Assembly (NCBI RefSeq): GCF_000025945.1 | Contig: NC_006138.1 | Coordinates: forward strand, 1 to 32,000 | Length of the DNA: 32,000 bases | From: Desulfotalea psychrophila LSv54 | Lineage (GTDB): Bacteria; Desulfobacterota; Desulfobulbia; Desulfobulbales; Desulfocapsaceae | Direction of reading: 5' to 3' | Shown: positions 8,888 through 17,640 of the stretch, in pieces | Position numbering within the stretch: position 1 is the first letter of the stretch | Layout of the letters: every line of letters starts with the position of its first letter | Translations under genes and position numbers: made by a program | Notes under the pieces: model-generated | Told to the model about the DNA's origin: nothing | Databases searched by the model: none | The model's input: only the letters and a program-made list of their open reading frames with translations

Positions 8888-10249
8888 ATGCTAAACTGCC
8901 CCCATCAGAATAACTCCCCCCTAAAAGGACAATCCATGTCAGCAATTAGCGAAGATAGCGTATTCACCTCCCTCAAACAAGAGGGCCCTCTGGCAGTACC
9001 AAAATCTGTTGTCATAGATAAAACATTCAGCCCTGAATCACGGCTGTGGGTGAAAAATATCTGTACCAGTAGCACCCATATCACAAAATATCGCGCCCTC
9101 AGAAGCCAAATATTTGCCCTGCTCAACATCAGCCACTTCAAAGAGATAGAGGCCCTGATCAAGACCCCCCAATGCCAACAGGAAAAAAGCCAACGGGCCT
9201 ACTCATTACTGGCCAATATGTTTGACATGCAGGGTTCCAATCGGGAAATAGAGGCCCGGGTCAATGAATATGCCAGAACAGCCGATGCGGTGGTCAACTC
9301 CCTGAAAGAAAAAATCCTCGCCCCCTATACCGCTTATATTGCCACCACCAATGAAATAGCGGTGGTTAACAATCCCATCGAACTGATTCTGATCATGTTT
9401 AACGATCGCTATCACCGCAAGGCTCGATTTGAGGCCCGACGCAAACTGGTACTGATGAGTCTTGCCGGAAGCATCGACCAACGGGAGCGTGAAACAAAAA
9501 TTGAAGATAAATTTTCAAAATTTCTGAATTTTCTCAACTGTTATGTCTGGAGCAAAAAACAAAAAATAGGTGAGCACGACATTGCCTTCCTTCACTCCAT
9601 CCACAGGGAAGACAATTTTAGCTGTAGCAGCGTCAAGGTGATTTCCCCCAAGGAACTGAAGAACTATTCCACTGGCAAGGGCATCAAGCAGACCCTGCTC
9701 AAGAGGAGAAGATTTACCGTACGGGACAAAGATATTCCTATCCATGTATCTGTACGCAAAAAACCACCTGAGGCCAAGGTACTCAAACTGCTCAGAAAGA
9801 ACCAAAAAAACCCTGCTGTTGCCGTAGATGATGAGCTCGGGCTTATGGCAGTGCTGGATTCCATGGCAGATATCAAGACCTTCCAAAACCATCTGACCCA
9901 AAGTGCAGCAGAGGCCAATTCCTTCCTGGCACTGGAAAACATTTCTGACTCACTCAGCGAAAATTCTCTCTACAGATCGCATGCAATTGGCTCGAGCAAC
10001 AAGACCCCTATGATGAAATTTTTTGCTCGTCTTGGTGGCATGCGGGTAGAGTTTATCATCCATACCAACAAATCCTGGCTTAACTATATGTACCAAAAGG
10101 ATGTGGCCCACGACGAGTATGAGGTCAAAAGATTTTTTGACTCCGGAGTAGCCGAGCTTCTCTTTCCCAGGAAAATATTTCACCTTGATCACGGCAAAAT
10201 CCGCAACGAAATGATCCAGCTCTTCCGACAACACATAGAGGGAGAATAA
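8888..10249 (+). CDS. Hypothetical protein with a C-terminal RelA/SpoT-like (small alarmone synthetase fold) region with substitutions at conserved positions
   Basis: By-eye alignment to RelQ-type motifs gives four matches: IHVSVRKKPPEAKVLKLLRK vs IEHVKSRVKSPESILKKLKRK, DELGLMAVLDSMADI vs DIAGVRIICSFVEDI, YRSHAI vs YRSLHL, and VEFIIHT...AHDEYEVK vs VEIQIRT...EHKIYYK. About 280 aa at the N-terminus are unassigned. An alternative start at 8935 (MSAISEDS) has AAGGA upstream. Confidence 0.4.
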   Translation: MLNCPHQNNSPLKGQSMSAISEDSVFTSLKQEGPLAVPKSVVIDKTFSPESRLWVKNICTSSTHITKYRALRSQIFALLNISHFKEIEALIKTPQCQQEKSQRAYSLLANMFDMQGSNREIEARVNEYARTADAVVNSLKEKILAPYTAYIATTNEIAVVNNPIELILIMFNDRYHRKARFEARRKLVLMSLAGSIDQRERETKIEDKFSKFLNFLNCYVWSKKQKIGEHDIAFLHSIHREDNFSCSSVKVISPKELKNYSTGKGIKQTLLKRRRFTVRDKDIPIHVSVRKKPPEAKVLKLLRKNQKNPAVAVDDELGLMAVLDSMADIKTFQNHLTQSAAEANSFLALENISDSLSENSLYRSHAIGSSNKTPMMKFFARLGGMRVEFIIHTNKSWLNYMYQKDVAHDEYEVKRFFDSGVAELLFPRKIFHLDHGKIRNEMIQLFRQHIEGE

Positions 10250-10266
10250 AGCGGCAAAAAACAAAA

Positions 10267-10385
10267 AGCTGTAGCAGTGAAGCGTTAGCGGAATGGCAAG
10301 ACTTGAGCTATCAGAAAATGCAACGGCAAGGGCGGTTAACCACAGAGGGTGGGAGAACACGGAGGAAAACTTTTTAGATAAAGGA
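10267..10385. repeat. Intergenic mosaic repeat block (GTTAACCACAGAG orientation)
   Basis: In order: agctgtagcagtgaagcgttagcggaatggcaag, gagctatcag, gttaaccacagagggtgggagaacacggag (10335-10364) and tttttagataaagg. Confidence 0.85.
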
Positions 10386-10617
10386 CGGAAAGATAGCAGT
10401 AGAGCGTAGCAGGTAGGATGAGATATAGTTAGAAAATATTTCCTCAGAAGAAATGCCTGTTAATTATTTAATAATGCTTAAAAAACATGGCAAGAGTCGC
10501 TCCTCCTCTTGGTAAGGGGAGGCGGGGGTGGGGTTTGTCGCTTTTCCCGCAAGTACGGAACTAGCATGAACAAAAAATTTTCATAGACTAAACTCGCTGA
10601 TTGCAAAGCAAAGAATC

Positions 10618-10995
10618 CTATTTTTGTTGTAGTAATTCGACTTTAGTAGCAATATTTTCTGCAACTGCAAGACCGTTGTTGAGGACATCGACGTTTGTGT
10701 AGTGGAGAATGGTGAGGCCAAGTGATTTGAGAAAATCTTCGCGCTGTTGATCATGTTCAACGGCACCTGATTGGAAATGACTATCGCCATCTACCTCAAT
10801 GACAAGTTTGAGTTCATGACAGTAGAAGTCGACTACGTATCTGCCGATGCTATGTTGGCGACGAAACTTGCAACCGCAACCTTTTCGCCTGAGGTAAAGC
10901 CAGAGCCCTCTTTCCGATGGCGTGAGATTGTTGCGAAGCTTTTGTCGGAGGGTTTTATGCTTTTTGAGTGTGAAGGCTCTTTTGCTTGTTGTCAT
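10618..10995 (-). CDS. DUF559 (Vsr-like endonuclease fold) domain protein
   Basis: The typical DUF559 core is present: LTPSERGLWLYLRR...FRRQHSIGRYVVDFYCHELKLVIEVDGDSH. ATG at 10993-10995 (MTTSKRAF) is preferred. The ORF-track start at 11034 is TTG. Confidence 0.85.
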   Translation of the reverse strand: MTTSKRAFTLKKHKTLRQKLRNNLTPSERGLWLYLRRKGCGCKFRRQHSIGRYVVDFYCHELKLVIEVDGDSHFQSGAVEHDQQREDFLKSLGLTILHYTNVDVLNNGLAVAENIATKVELLQQK

Positions 10996-11009
10996 TTTCT
11001 TTTTAGCAT

Positions 11010-11068
11010 AACACTCTTTTACGAGATGTGGCAAATGGCTTTTTTATGCCTTTAAAAGAGTGTTTTTT
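11010..11068 (+). other. 12-bp perfect inverted repeat plus T-run in the DUF559 leader region
   Basis: The arm aacactctttta (11010-11021) pairs with taaaagagtgtt (11053-11064), followed by tttt. An inner ggca/tgcc pairing is possible. On the + strand it looks terminator-like (antisense to DUF559). On the - strand it lies in the 5' leader. Confidence 0.35.
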
Positions 11069-11160
11069 GGCATGATTTTCTAGGCAAGGCTGTTTTAGTA
11101 AATTGATTTTACTTGTTAATGCACAAACCCCATCCAACTTCCCCTTACCAAGAGGAAGAG

Positions 11161-11220
11161 CTGTAGCAGTGGAGTAGCAGCGAAGCGGCGGCAGTGAAGC
11201 ATAGCGGAGTGGCGACTGCC
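11161..11220. repeat. Mosaic repeat words (AGCAGTGGAG / GCGGAGTGGCGA orientation)
   Basis: The sequence is ctgtagcagtggagtagcagcgaagcggcggcagtgaagcatagcggagtggcgactgcc. Confidence 0.8.
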
Positions 11221-11338
11221 TAACAGATTTAAATCGAGAGGAAAAGTTGCAGACAGAACCCTGAGATAATGTTATTTAAAATTACAAGCTAACAAACCAC
11301 AATAAATTAACAGCACCACTTCAAAAGACAATACGCTC

Positions 11339-12304
11339 ATGCCAAAGCTCTCATTCATCATCCCCCTGTACAATGCAGAAAAGTTCATTGAAAAGTGTCT
11401 ATTAAGTATATTACAGCAGAACGTCCCCATTCAAGACTATGAAATAATTGTCGTTAACGATGGGACAAAGGATGATAGCCGCAAAATAGTCTCGGAAATG
11501 CAAGAAAAATTCTCAAACATCAAGATCATAGACCAAGAGAACAGTGGGCCGAGCGTCACACGTAACAGAGGACTTCGTGTTGCGACGGGTGAGTATGTCT
11601 GGTTCATAGACTCTGATGACTACATCATCGATAACTCCTTACAAGAACTCCTGGATATTTTAACAATGCCCTCACCTGACATACTTTATATAGGCTATAA
11701 AAAAGTATATGAAAACAAGAGGGACGAAAAAGGCACAGGAGAACGTAATGGCACAGCACAGCCCTACACCAATCATCAATTCTTAAAAAAATTCAAATCG
11801 TTCCCGCCAATGGTCTGGCTATATATCTACAGACGAACCATGCTCACAGAGAACAGGCTCTCTTTTCCGGAAGGAATAATGCATGAGGATGAAGAATTTA
11901 CCCCCAAGGCCCTCTTCTTTGCAAAAAAAATAATTCACTTCAACAGGGCAATATACTGCTATCTGAAGAGAGAGGCATCCATAACAAGTAGTCCATGGAA
12001 CCCTCTCATCGACATAAATTCAAAGTATGAAATTTGTCATTCACTGGCAGAATTTTCCAAGGCTCATAGCGACTCAAGAGACATTTGGCAGTCATACTTC
12101 TCCCGCAAAACAAACAGATTAGCCATAAACGTTCTAGATCTGTGCATAGCACACAACAAACCGAAACTGTTTAAAGAAAAACTTGCTCAACTCAAAAGAA
12201 ACAGGCTTTACCCCCTGCAAGCCAAGGCATCCCTCGGAATAAAGGACTACCTCTACGCACGATACAAAATGATCCAGTTCAACAGATACCTTAAACGAAA
12301 TTAA
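11339..12304 (+). CDS. Family 2 glycosyltransferase
   Basis: GT-A/GT2 signature: SFIIPLYNAEKFIEKCLLSILQQ, IIVVNDGTKDDS and FIDSDD (DxD). The region is visibly AT-rich. Confidence 0.85.
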   Translation: MPKLSFIIPLYNAEKFIEKCLLSILQQNVPIQDYEIIVVNDGTKDDSRKIVSEMQEKFSNIKIIDQENSGPSVTRNRGLRVATGEYVWFIDSDDYIIDNSLQELLDILTMPSPDILYIGYKKVYENKRDEKGTGERNGTAQPYTNHQFLKKFKSFPPMVWLYIYRRTMLTENRLSFPEGIMHEDEEFTPKALFFAKKIIHFNRAIYCYLKREASITSSPWNPLIDINSKYEICHSLAEFSKAHSDSRDIWQSYFSRKTNRLAINVLDLCIAHNKPKLFKEKLAQLKRNRLYPLQAKASLGIKDYLYARYKMIQFNRYLKRN

Positions 12305-12327
12305 CAGGGCTCACTAAGATCAAGGAG

Positions 12328-12665
12328 GAGCTATAGCAGTGGAGCACCGCAGAATGGCGAGCCGACAGCTAATAGCTTACAGCTTACAGCTTCTTTTCTC
12401 TCTTTGTGTCCTTGGCTGCCGTGGTTAATCGTTTTTCCGCCACGCTCCACTGCTCAGCTTTTTACCAAAAAACTAGCTCTTTGCTCTTTAATTCATTCCC
12501 TCTGTGTCCTCTGCGACCTCTGTGGTCAACTTTTTCGCTTTTAGGCAGTCGCCACTCCGCTCTGCTTCGCTGCTGCAGTTTACCAAAAAATCTCTGTGTC
12601 CTCTGTGGTTAACTTTTTTTACTTTTTACTTTTCGCCACTTCGCTGCTACTGACAGCTGACAACT
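12328..12665. repeat. Intergenic mosaic dyad with three inverse-orientation units
   Basis: The left part is gagctatagcagtggagcaccgcagaatggcgagccgacagct plus 4 AGCTWAY heptads (12367-12394). The right part has cores at 12399-12430, 12499-12530 and 12592-12613 (ctctgtgtcctctgtggttaac), then tcgccacttcgctgctactgacagctgacaac. Confidence 0.85.
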
Positions 12666-12671
12666 CCAATC

Positions 12672-14015
12672 TTAAAGCTTTTTCCTGCAACTCCTACCCC
12701 GACCAATTCCATAATAGGCAAGGCCAGCATCCTCCACCCGGGAAGGTTCATAGAGATTACGTCCGTCAAAAATCACCCTATCCCTCAGCTTTTCCTGAAG
12801 CATAGAAAAGTCTGGAACCCGGAAGTCTTTCCATTCGGTGACAATGACCAGGGCATCGGCACCTACTACAGCCTCATCCTTACTGGCAACAATCTCCAGA
12901 TCAGCACGCATCCCGTAAAGACGAAGGGCCTCGTCCATCGCCTCTGGATCATAGGCCCGAACACGTGCTCCCGCCTGCCAAAGTCGTTCCATCAGGACCC
13001 GACTCGACGCCTCACGCATATCATCGGTATTGGGTTTAAAGGAGAGGCCCCAAAGAGCAAAGGTCTTGCCGGCAATGTCATCACCATAGTGGCAGGTAAT
13101 ATGCTGATAGAGCTTTTGTTTCTGCTGGAAATTAACCTGTTCAACGGCCTGAAGAATCTGGGCATGATAGCCAACCTCTCGCCCAGACCTCTCCAGGGCA
13201 CGCACATCTTTAGGAAAACAGGATCCACCATAACCACAGCCCGGATAGATAAACTGATAGCCAATACGAGAGTCCGAACCAATGCCCCGGCGTACCTCCT
13301 CGATATCCACCTCCATCCTTTCGGCCAGATGAGACATCTCATTCATAAAAGATATCTTGGTGGCAAGGAGACAATTGGCCGCATATTTGGTGAACTCAGC
13401 ACTGCGCACATCCATAACCATTATCTTGTCACGATTACGGTTGAATGGCTCGTAGAGTTCACGCATAAGGGTCTCTGCCTGGGGGCTCTCGGTACCAATG
13501 ATGATACGTTCAGGCCGCATGCAATCTTCAAGGGCAGAACCCTCTTTTAAAAATTCCGGATTGGACAATACCTGAAATGGTAGTTCCTGCCCACGTCTGG
13601 TAAGCAGATCCTGCACATGGGCACGCACCTTATCGGCTGTACCAACGGGGACAGTTGATTTATTGACAATGATCTTTTCATCGGACATCAGGGAAGCAAT
13701 GGTACCAGCAACCCCAAGCACATACTGCAGATCCGCACTGCCATCCTCACCCGGAGGTGTACCCACGGCTATAAACTGGATGGTGGCATGATCGACCCCA
13801 AGGGCCGCATCGGTACTAAAGCGGAGACGAGCGACCTCGCAATTTTTAAGTACCAGTTCCTGAAGTCCAGGTTCGAAGATAGGGATAATCCCCTGCTGGA
13901 GACCAGCAATTTTCGCAGCATCAACGTCGACACAACAGACATCATGACCACAGTCTGCCAAAGCCACCGCCTGCACCAAGCCCACATAACCTACTCCAAA
14001 AACCGTTACCTTCAT
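12672..14015 (-). CDS. ugd: UDP-glucose 6-dehydrogenase
   Basis: It has the N-terminal Rossmann motif VFGVGYVGLV, NPEFLKEGSA, the catalytic GGSCFPKD and the UDPG_MGDP_dh C-terminal domain. Length is 447 aa. Confidence 0.9.
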   Translation of the reverse strand: MKVTVFGVGYVGLVQAVALADCGHDVCCVDVDAAKIAGLQQGIIPIFEPGLQELVLKNCEVARLRFSTDAALGVDHATIQFIAVGTPPGEDGSADLQYVLGVAGTIASLMSDEKIIVNKSTVPVGTADKVRAHVQDLLTRRGQELPFQVLSNPEFLKEGSALEDCMRPERIIIGTESPQAETLMRELYEPFNRNRDKIMVMDVRSAEFTKYAANCLLATKISFMNEMSHLAERMEVDIEEVRRGIGSDSRIGYQFIYPGCGYGGSCFPKDVRALERSGREVGYHAQILQAVEQVNFQQKQKLYQHITCHYGDDIAGKTFALWGLSFKPNTDDMREASSRVLMERLWQAGARVRAYDPEAMDEALRLYGMRADLEIVASKDEAVVGADALVIVTEWKDFRVPDFSMLQEKLRDRVIFDGRNLYEPSRVEDAGLAYYGIGRGRSCRKKL

Positions 14016-14040
14016 AAAAGCCTCACAAAAAATGATAAAA

Positions 14041-14200
14041 GATACGAGATACGAGATACGAGAAAGAACAGTTAACCACTGCTTATGAGAACACAGAGTT
14101 TTTTTAGATAAAGGTCGAGAGCAAAGGGCAGAAAGCTTGAAGCTGTCAGCTATCAGCTATCAGCTACCAGCTACCAGCTACCTTTAACTGACAGCTAGCC
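14041..14200. repeat. Intergenic mosaic unit with two heptad arrays
   Basis: In order: 3 x gatacga (14041-14062), gttaaccactgcttatgagaacacagag (14071-14098), tttttagataaagg, 6 x AGCTRYC (14141-14182) and ttaactgacagctag. Confidence 0.85.
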
Positions 14201-14204
14201 TTTC

Positions 14205-15249
14205 TTACTGTTTTCTTCCCAACATCCCAGCAATATCACCCTTCAACACCTGAAAGTACGCGTATATTTCACAAGCAGCATTTTCTGTAAAGACAGGCTC
14301 CTTTAAAAACTTTTCCCGAACCGTCTCCTCCCTATATATTTTCTCGATAAGGGCTAACGACTCTCGATTATCCGAGTCTAACTGCCAAAAGATAATTCGC
14401 CGAGGATTCAACACCCCCGGTTCAGGTTCAGCCCCCCCCCAATAAACAGGAATTGCTCCAGCCTCAATTGCCTCAAATATCTTTTCTGTGACATAGCCCT
14501 TAGCCGGTGAGTTCTCAGGACAGATATTAAACAAAAATTGCTGTAAATACTCCTTTCTTATTATCAGCAAAGGCCACCCGCAACGATTCATCATTATGAC
14601 ATAAATCTCCAGCACAGGCAACGGGCGCAATAGTCGAAATGGCTGCCACCACATCTGACCTGCGTAAAGAAAAACCATCGTGGCGAGCAACTAAGGCAGC
14701 AAACTTATTTTTTTTCCCATGGCTCTGCGCCTCAATTTCAGCCAAACGCTGCCTGATATCTTCCAGGGAGGCGTTCACTGCAAATTCTGGGCTGAAAATA
14801 TAGGTTAACCACAGAGGAAAACGACGATATCCCGGCCGTTCATCATAATCAAACCCCATGGCAAGGGTGGGGAGACCTTGAAGATAATCCTTATATTGGC
14901 GATGATAGGGCAGATGTAGATTCTCTCCTGAAAAAAAGAGCGAGGGTACAGTACACACCCTGAGCAGAAGTCGAGTTAAAGCAAAGTCGGTAAAGAGAGA
15001 GACGAGCAACAGCTGAGGCCTATACCACGATACGACAATTTTTTCCCCGATACTTTCTTGGCAAAAACGAAAAAACCAACTGCGGGAGGGAGCATCTTTT
15101 TCCTTAAAATGATTGCCAAAAACTGCAATTCGTACCGAACTATCAGCCCCCTTTCTCCCCAGAAAATCCCCTGCTACCGACAGCAGAAGGGATAATCCTC
15201 CGCCAATACGTTTTTCCCACTTCTTCCAAATTGACCAAATTTTTTTCAT
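14205..15249 (-). pseudogene. GT10-family alpha-1,3/4-fucosyltransferase-like gene, disrupted by a +1 frameshift
   Basis: Two overlapping ORFs (14527..15324 and 14205..14690) join as ...FADNKK|EYLQQFLFNICPENSPAKGYVTEKIFEAIEAGAIPVYWGG. This matches the GT10 core (H. pylori FutA ...VGNKSEFLSQYKFNLCFENS..GYVTEK..IPIYWG). The frame switch maps to AAGAAAGGAG (plus-strand 14550-14559), and deleting 1 nt restores the frame. A G9 run on the coding strand lies at 14432-14440. The likely start is MKKIWSIW at 15249. Confidence 0.75.
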
Positions 15250-15363
15250 TATAACCCCACAAAGAGCAAGTGCACTTTGCCAATACCAAGAACTCTTACA
15301 GGAAGAACGGCAATCACACACCACATAACGACCGCAAACTCACAAACCGTCTGACCGAACGCT

Positions 15364-17433
15364 CTACATAGGAACTATGTCCTCTTGCAGCGAACATGTC
15401 CCCTCACTCTCATTTTGGAAAATCTGCTCAAACATCGGCTGCAAAAACTGACTTCCATACTCACTCAGGTGATCTGCATCCGAATATAAAGATCGACCAT
15501 CTTTGCTACCATAGCAGTTTTCAGCATCACAAAAAGCGGGCAATGGATTTAAAATATGAACCCCACACTCTTGCACAGCTCGATCCTGGGCCTCTAGAAC
15601 CAAGCTATTACGTGAATAATACTTCTCCAGGGGGAGAACAACCCGCAGCTCCTCTCCCCGTAATATTTGTTGAGCCAAGGTTTTAGGGACATGAACGCCC
15701 ATGGCAGGAACTGGCCTGACAAGATACACTTCCCTTGTTTTTGCCAACATACAGGCCGTCTCAACAATTTTAGTTTGATACTCTTGTTGAAACCATTTTT
15801 CATCAGCAGATTGCGGAGAACGAGATATAAAGCCCAATGGCTGAGCCACACCACTGCTCCCGACTTCTCCCAAGAGGTACAGAGATGATCTATTGACAAT
15901 AACAAGAGGTATATCTCTGGATATTTTATCTATATTAGCAAACGCCCAATTATTAAAATCCAAACATTGGGAAACTCCATTTCGCTTAAATCCCTTAATT
16001 GTTGGGCAACCAGACATTCCCCAAAACAGTACGCCCTTACCATGTGCCTTCGCCGCTCCACCAAAAGAACGAGCAACAGCACCCGCATGACTATCCCCCA
16101 TTAAAATAGCCCCAACACTCTCACCTCCGTAAACACATCCCGGTGAACCTGCTCCCGTTGCAGCTTCAAAGCACTCTTCACGCCGTGGATCGCGGTTATC
16201 AATCTCGCCAAGAGCGGCCGCGCTTTCCCGTACAAAAGAGAGTAAACGATTCTGCGGCAATACCGAAACCTTAGCATGGATAATAACACTGAATAAGATC
16301 ACCATGCATACACCAGGCACAAGAGTATATCGTTCTCGAAAAATGCCTCCCCTTGCCAAATACAGGCGACAGGGATTCTCAACAAAAGAGTAGGAGATGC
16401 TTGCAAGAACAAAGCTCAGAACAACAAAAAACATTGTCCAAAGCACATGGCCATCAACTCCCAAAAAGTACGCGACGACAACCAGAGGCCAATGATAAAG
16501 ATACACAGAGTAAGATCGCGCGCCAATCCACTGCACAACTCTATTGCTGATGAAACAAGCGTCATGACGAGCGTATATAATAAGCATGGTCGCAACAACA
16601 GGAAGAGCGGCCAAATACCCGGGCCAGAGAAAATTTTCTCGGAAAAGAAAGGCACAGGTAGCCAAAGAGCCCCAACCAAGAAAAGATACAAAGCGTGAAT
16701 ACCTTCCTGCACAGCAAAAGCGATCATCAAGATAAAAAACAATCCCACCGGCAAGCATCTCCCACACCCGGGTAGGCAAGAGATAAAAGCTCGCCACAGG
16801 AGCACTTCTGCTCAATATTACGCAAGAAAAAAAAGAGCAAACAAAGAGCAGGATAATGACAACAAGACCAGAATCAAATTTGTAGCCAAAAGCTGATATC
16901 CCCTTCCGCCAAAATCGGTACAACAGTACTAAAACTACAGGAAACAAAAGATAAAACTGCCACTCCACGGAAAGTGACCAGGTATGTAGCAACCACTTCT
17001 CCTGAGAATCCGTGTCAAAGTAACCATTTTTTCCCCAATAATAAACATTTGAGAAGAACAACAGGGCATTTGTTGCTTCAGAACTAAGCTCTTTATAGTT
17101 CCCCTGTGGTAAAAAGAAGTAGCCAAAAAACAAAAGCAGGGCCACAAGAACCAAAAGGGCCGGAACAATTCTTCTCGCACGAGACAGGTAGAAATATCTC
17201 AAAGAAAAGGTTTCATTTTTTATCCCTGTCACAATAATTTTTGTCATCAAAAAGCCAGAGATGACAAAAAAGACATCTACACCGATAAAGCCGCCCTTAA
17301 GATGCAAAAAACCAAAATGATAAAAAACGACAAACAAAACAGCACAGGCACGTAGCCCATTTATATCTGGCCTAAATCCATTTGCACTCCGCCGACCTTT
17401 AATACTTTCTCCCAAAACCCTTTCTCCTAACAT
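15364..17433 (-). CDS. Acyltransferase family 3 membrane protein with C-terminal SGNH domain (OafA/YrhL-type O-acetyltransferase)
   Basis: The N-terminus DINGLRACAVLFVVFYHF and multiple TM segments fit acyltransferase 3. The C-terminal soluble domain has GDSHA. Length is 689 aa. Confidence 0.85.
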   Translation of the reverse strand: MLGERVLGESIKGRRSANGFRPDINGLRACAVLFVVFYHFGFLHLKGGFIGVDVFFVISGFLMTKIIVTGIKNETFSLRYFYLSRARRIVPALLVLVALLLFFGYFFLPQGNYKELSSEATNALLFFSNVYYWGKNGYFDTDSQEKWLLHTWSLSVEWQFYLLFPVVLVLLYRFWRKGISAFGYKFDSGLVVIILLFVCSFFSCVILSRSAPVASFYLLPTRVWEMLAGGIVFYLDDRFCCAGRYSRFVSFLGWGSLATCAFLFRENFLWPGYLAALPVVATMLIIYARHDACFISNRVVQWIGARSYSVYLYHWPLVVVAYFLGVDGHVLWTMFFVVLSFVLASISYSFVENPCRLYLARGGIFRERYTLVPGVCMVILFSVIIHAKVSVLPQNRLLSFVRESAAALGEIDNRDPRREECFEAATGAGSPGCVYGGESVGAILMGDSHAGAVARSFGGAAKAHGKGVLFWGMSGCPTIKGFKRNGVSQCLDFNNWAFANIDKISRDIPLVIVNRSSLYLLGEVGSSGVAQPLGFISRSPQSADEKWFQQEYQTKIVETACMLAKTREVYLVRPVPAMGVHVPKTLAQQILRGEELRVVLPLEKYYSRNSLVLEAQDRAVQECGVHILNPLPAFCDAENCYGSKDGRSLYSDADHLSEYGSQFLQPMFEQIFQNESEGTCSLQEDIVPM

Positions 17434-17640
17434 AAGGCAACACTTAATGAGACTTTATCAGAGGACCTGACAAAATATGCAAATTTAACAAGGTAAACTA
17501 TTGACATCATTTCAATCTCTTCCGTATTCCACCTAAACAATTCCCCTACATATTACCAATTTTATGCATACATTAGGGGGTAAATATCCTTAAACACCCT
17601 GCAATTTTTTAACAACGAGGTTCCACAATACAGAACCACA

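Larger units (their letters stand above)
10499..11161. mobile_element. DUF559 endonuclease gene bounded by ~40-bp imperfect inverted repeats (candidate mobile cassette)
   Basis: The left arm is 10499-10538, gctcctcctcttggtaaggggaggcgggggtggggtttgt. The reverse complement of the right arm (11123-11161) is gctcttcctcttggtaaggggaagttggatggggtttgt, ~80% identical. Mosaic words of the same orientation lie on both outer flanks. Confidence 0.35.

Noticed and set aside
14550-14562. Programmed +1 ribosomal frameshift in the GT10 gene (SD-like AAGGAG at the shift site)
   Set aside because: There is no slippery codon followed by a stop or rare codon in the zero frame, which continues for 9 more sense codons. 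A simple 1-nt insertion or a sequencing error is the more economical explanation. It is kept only as a remark in the finding.
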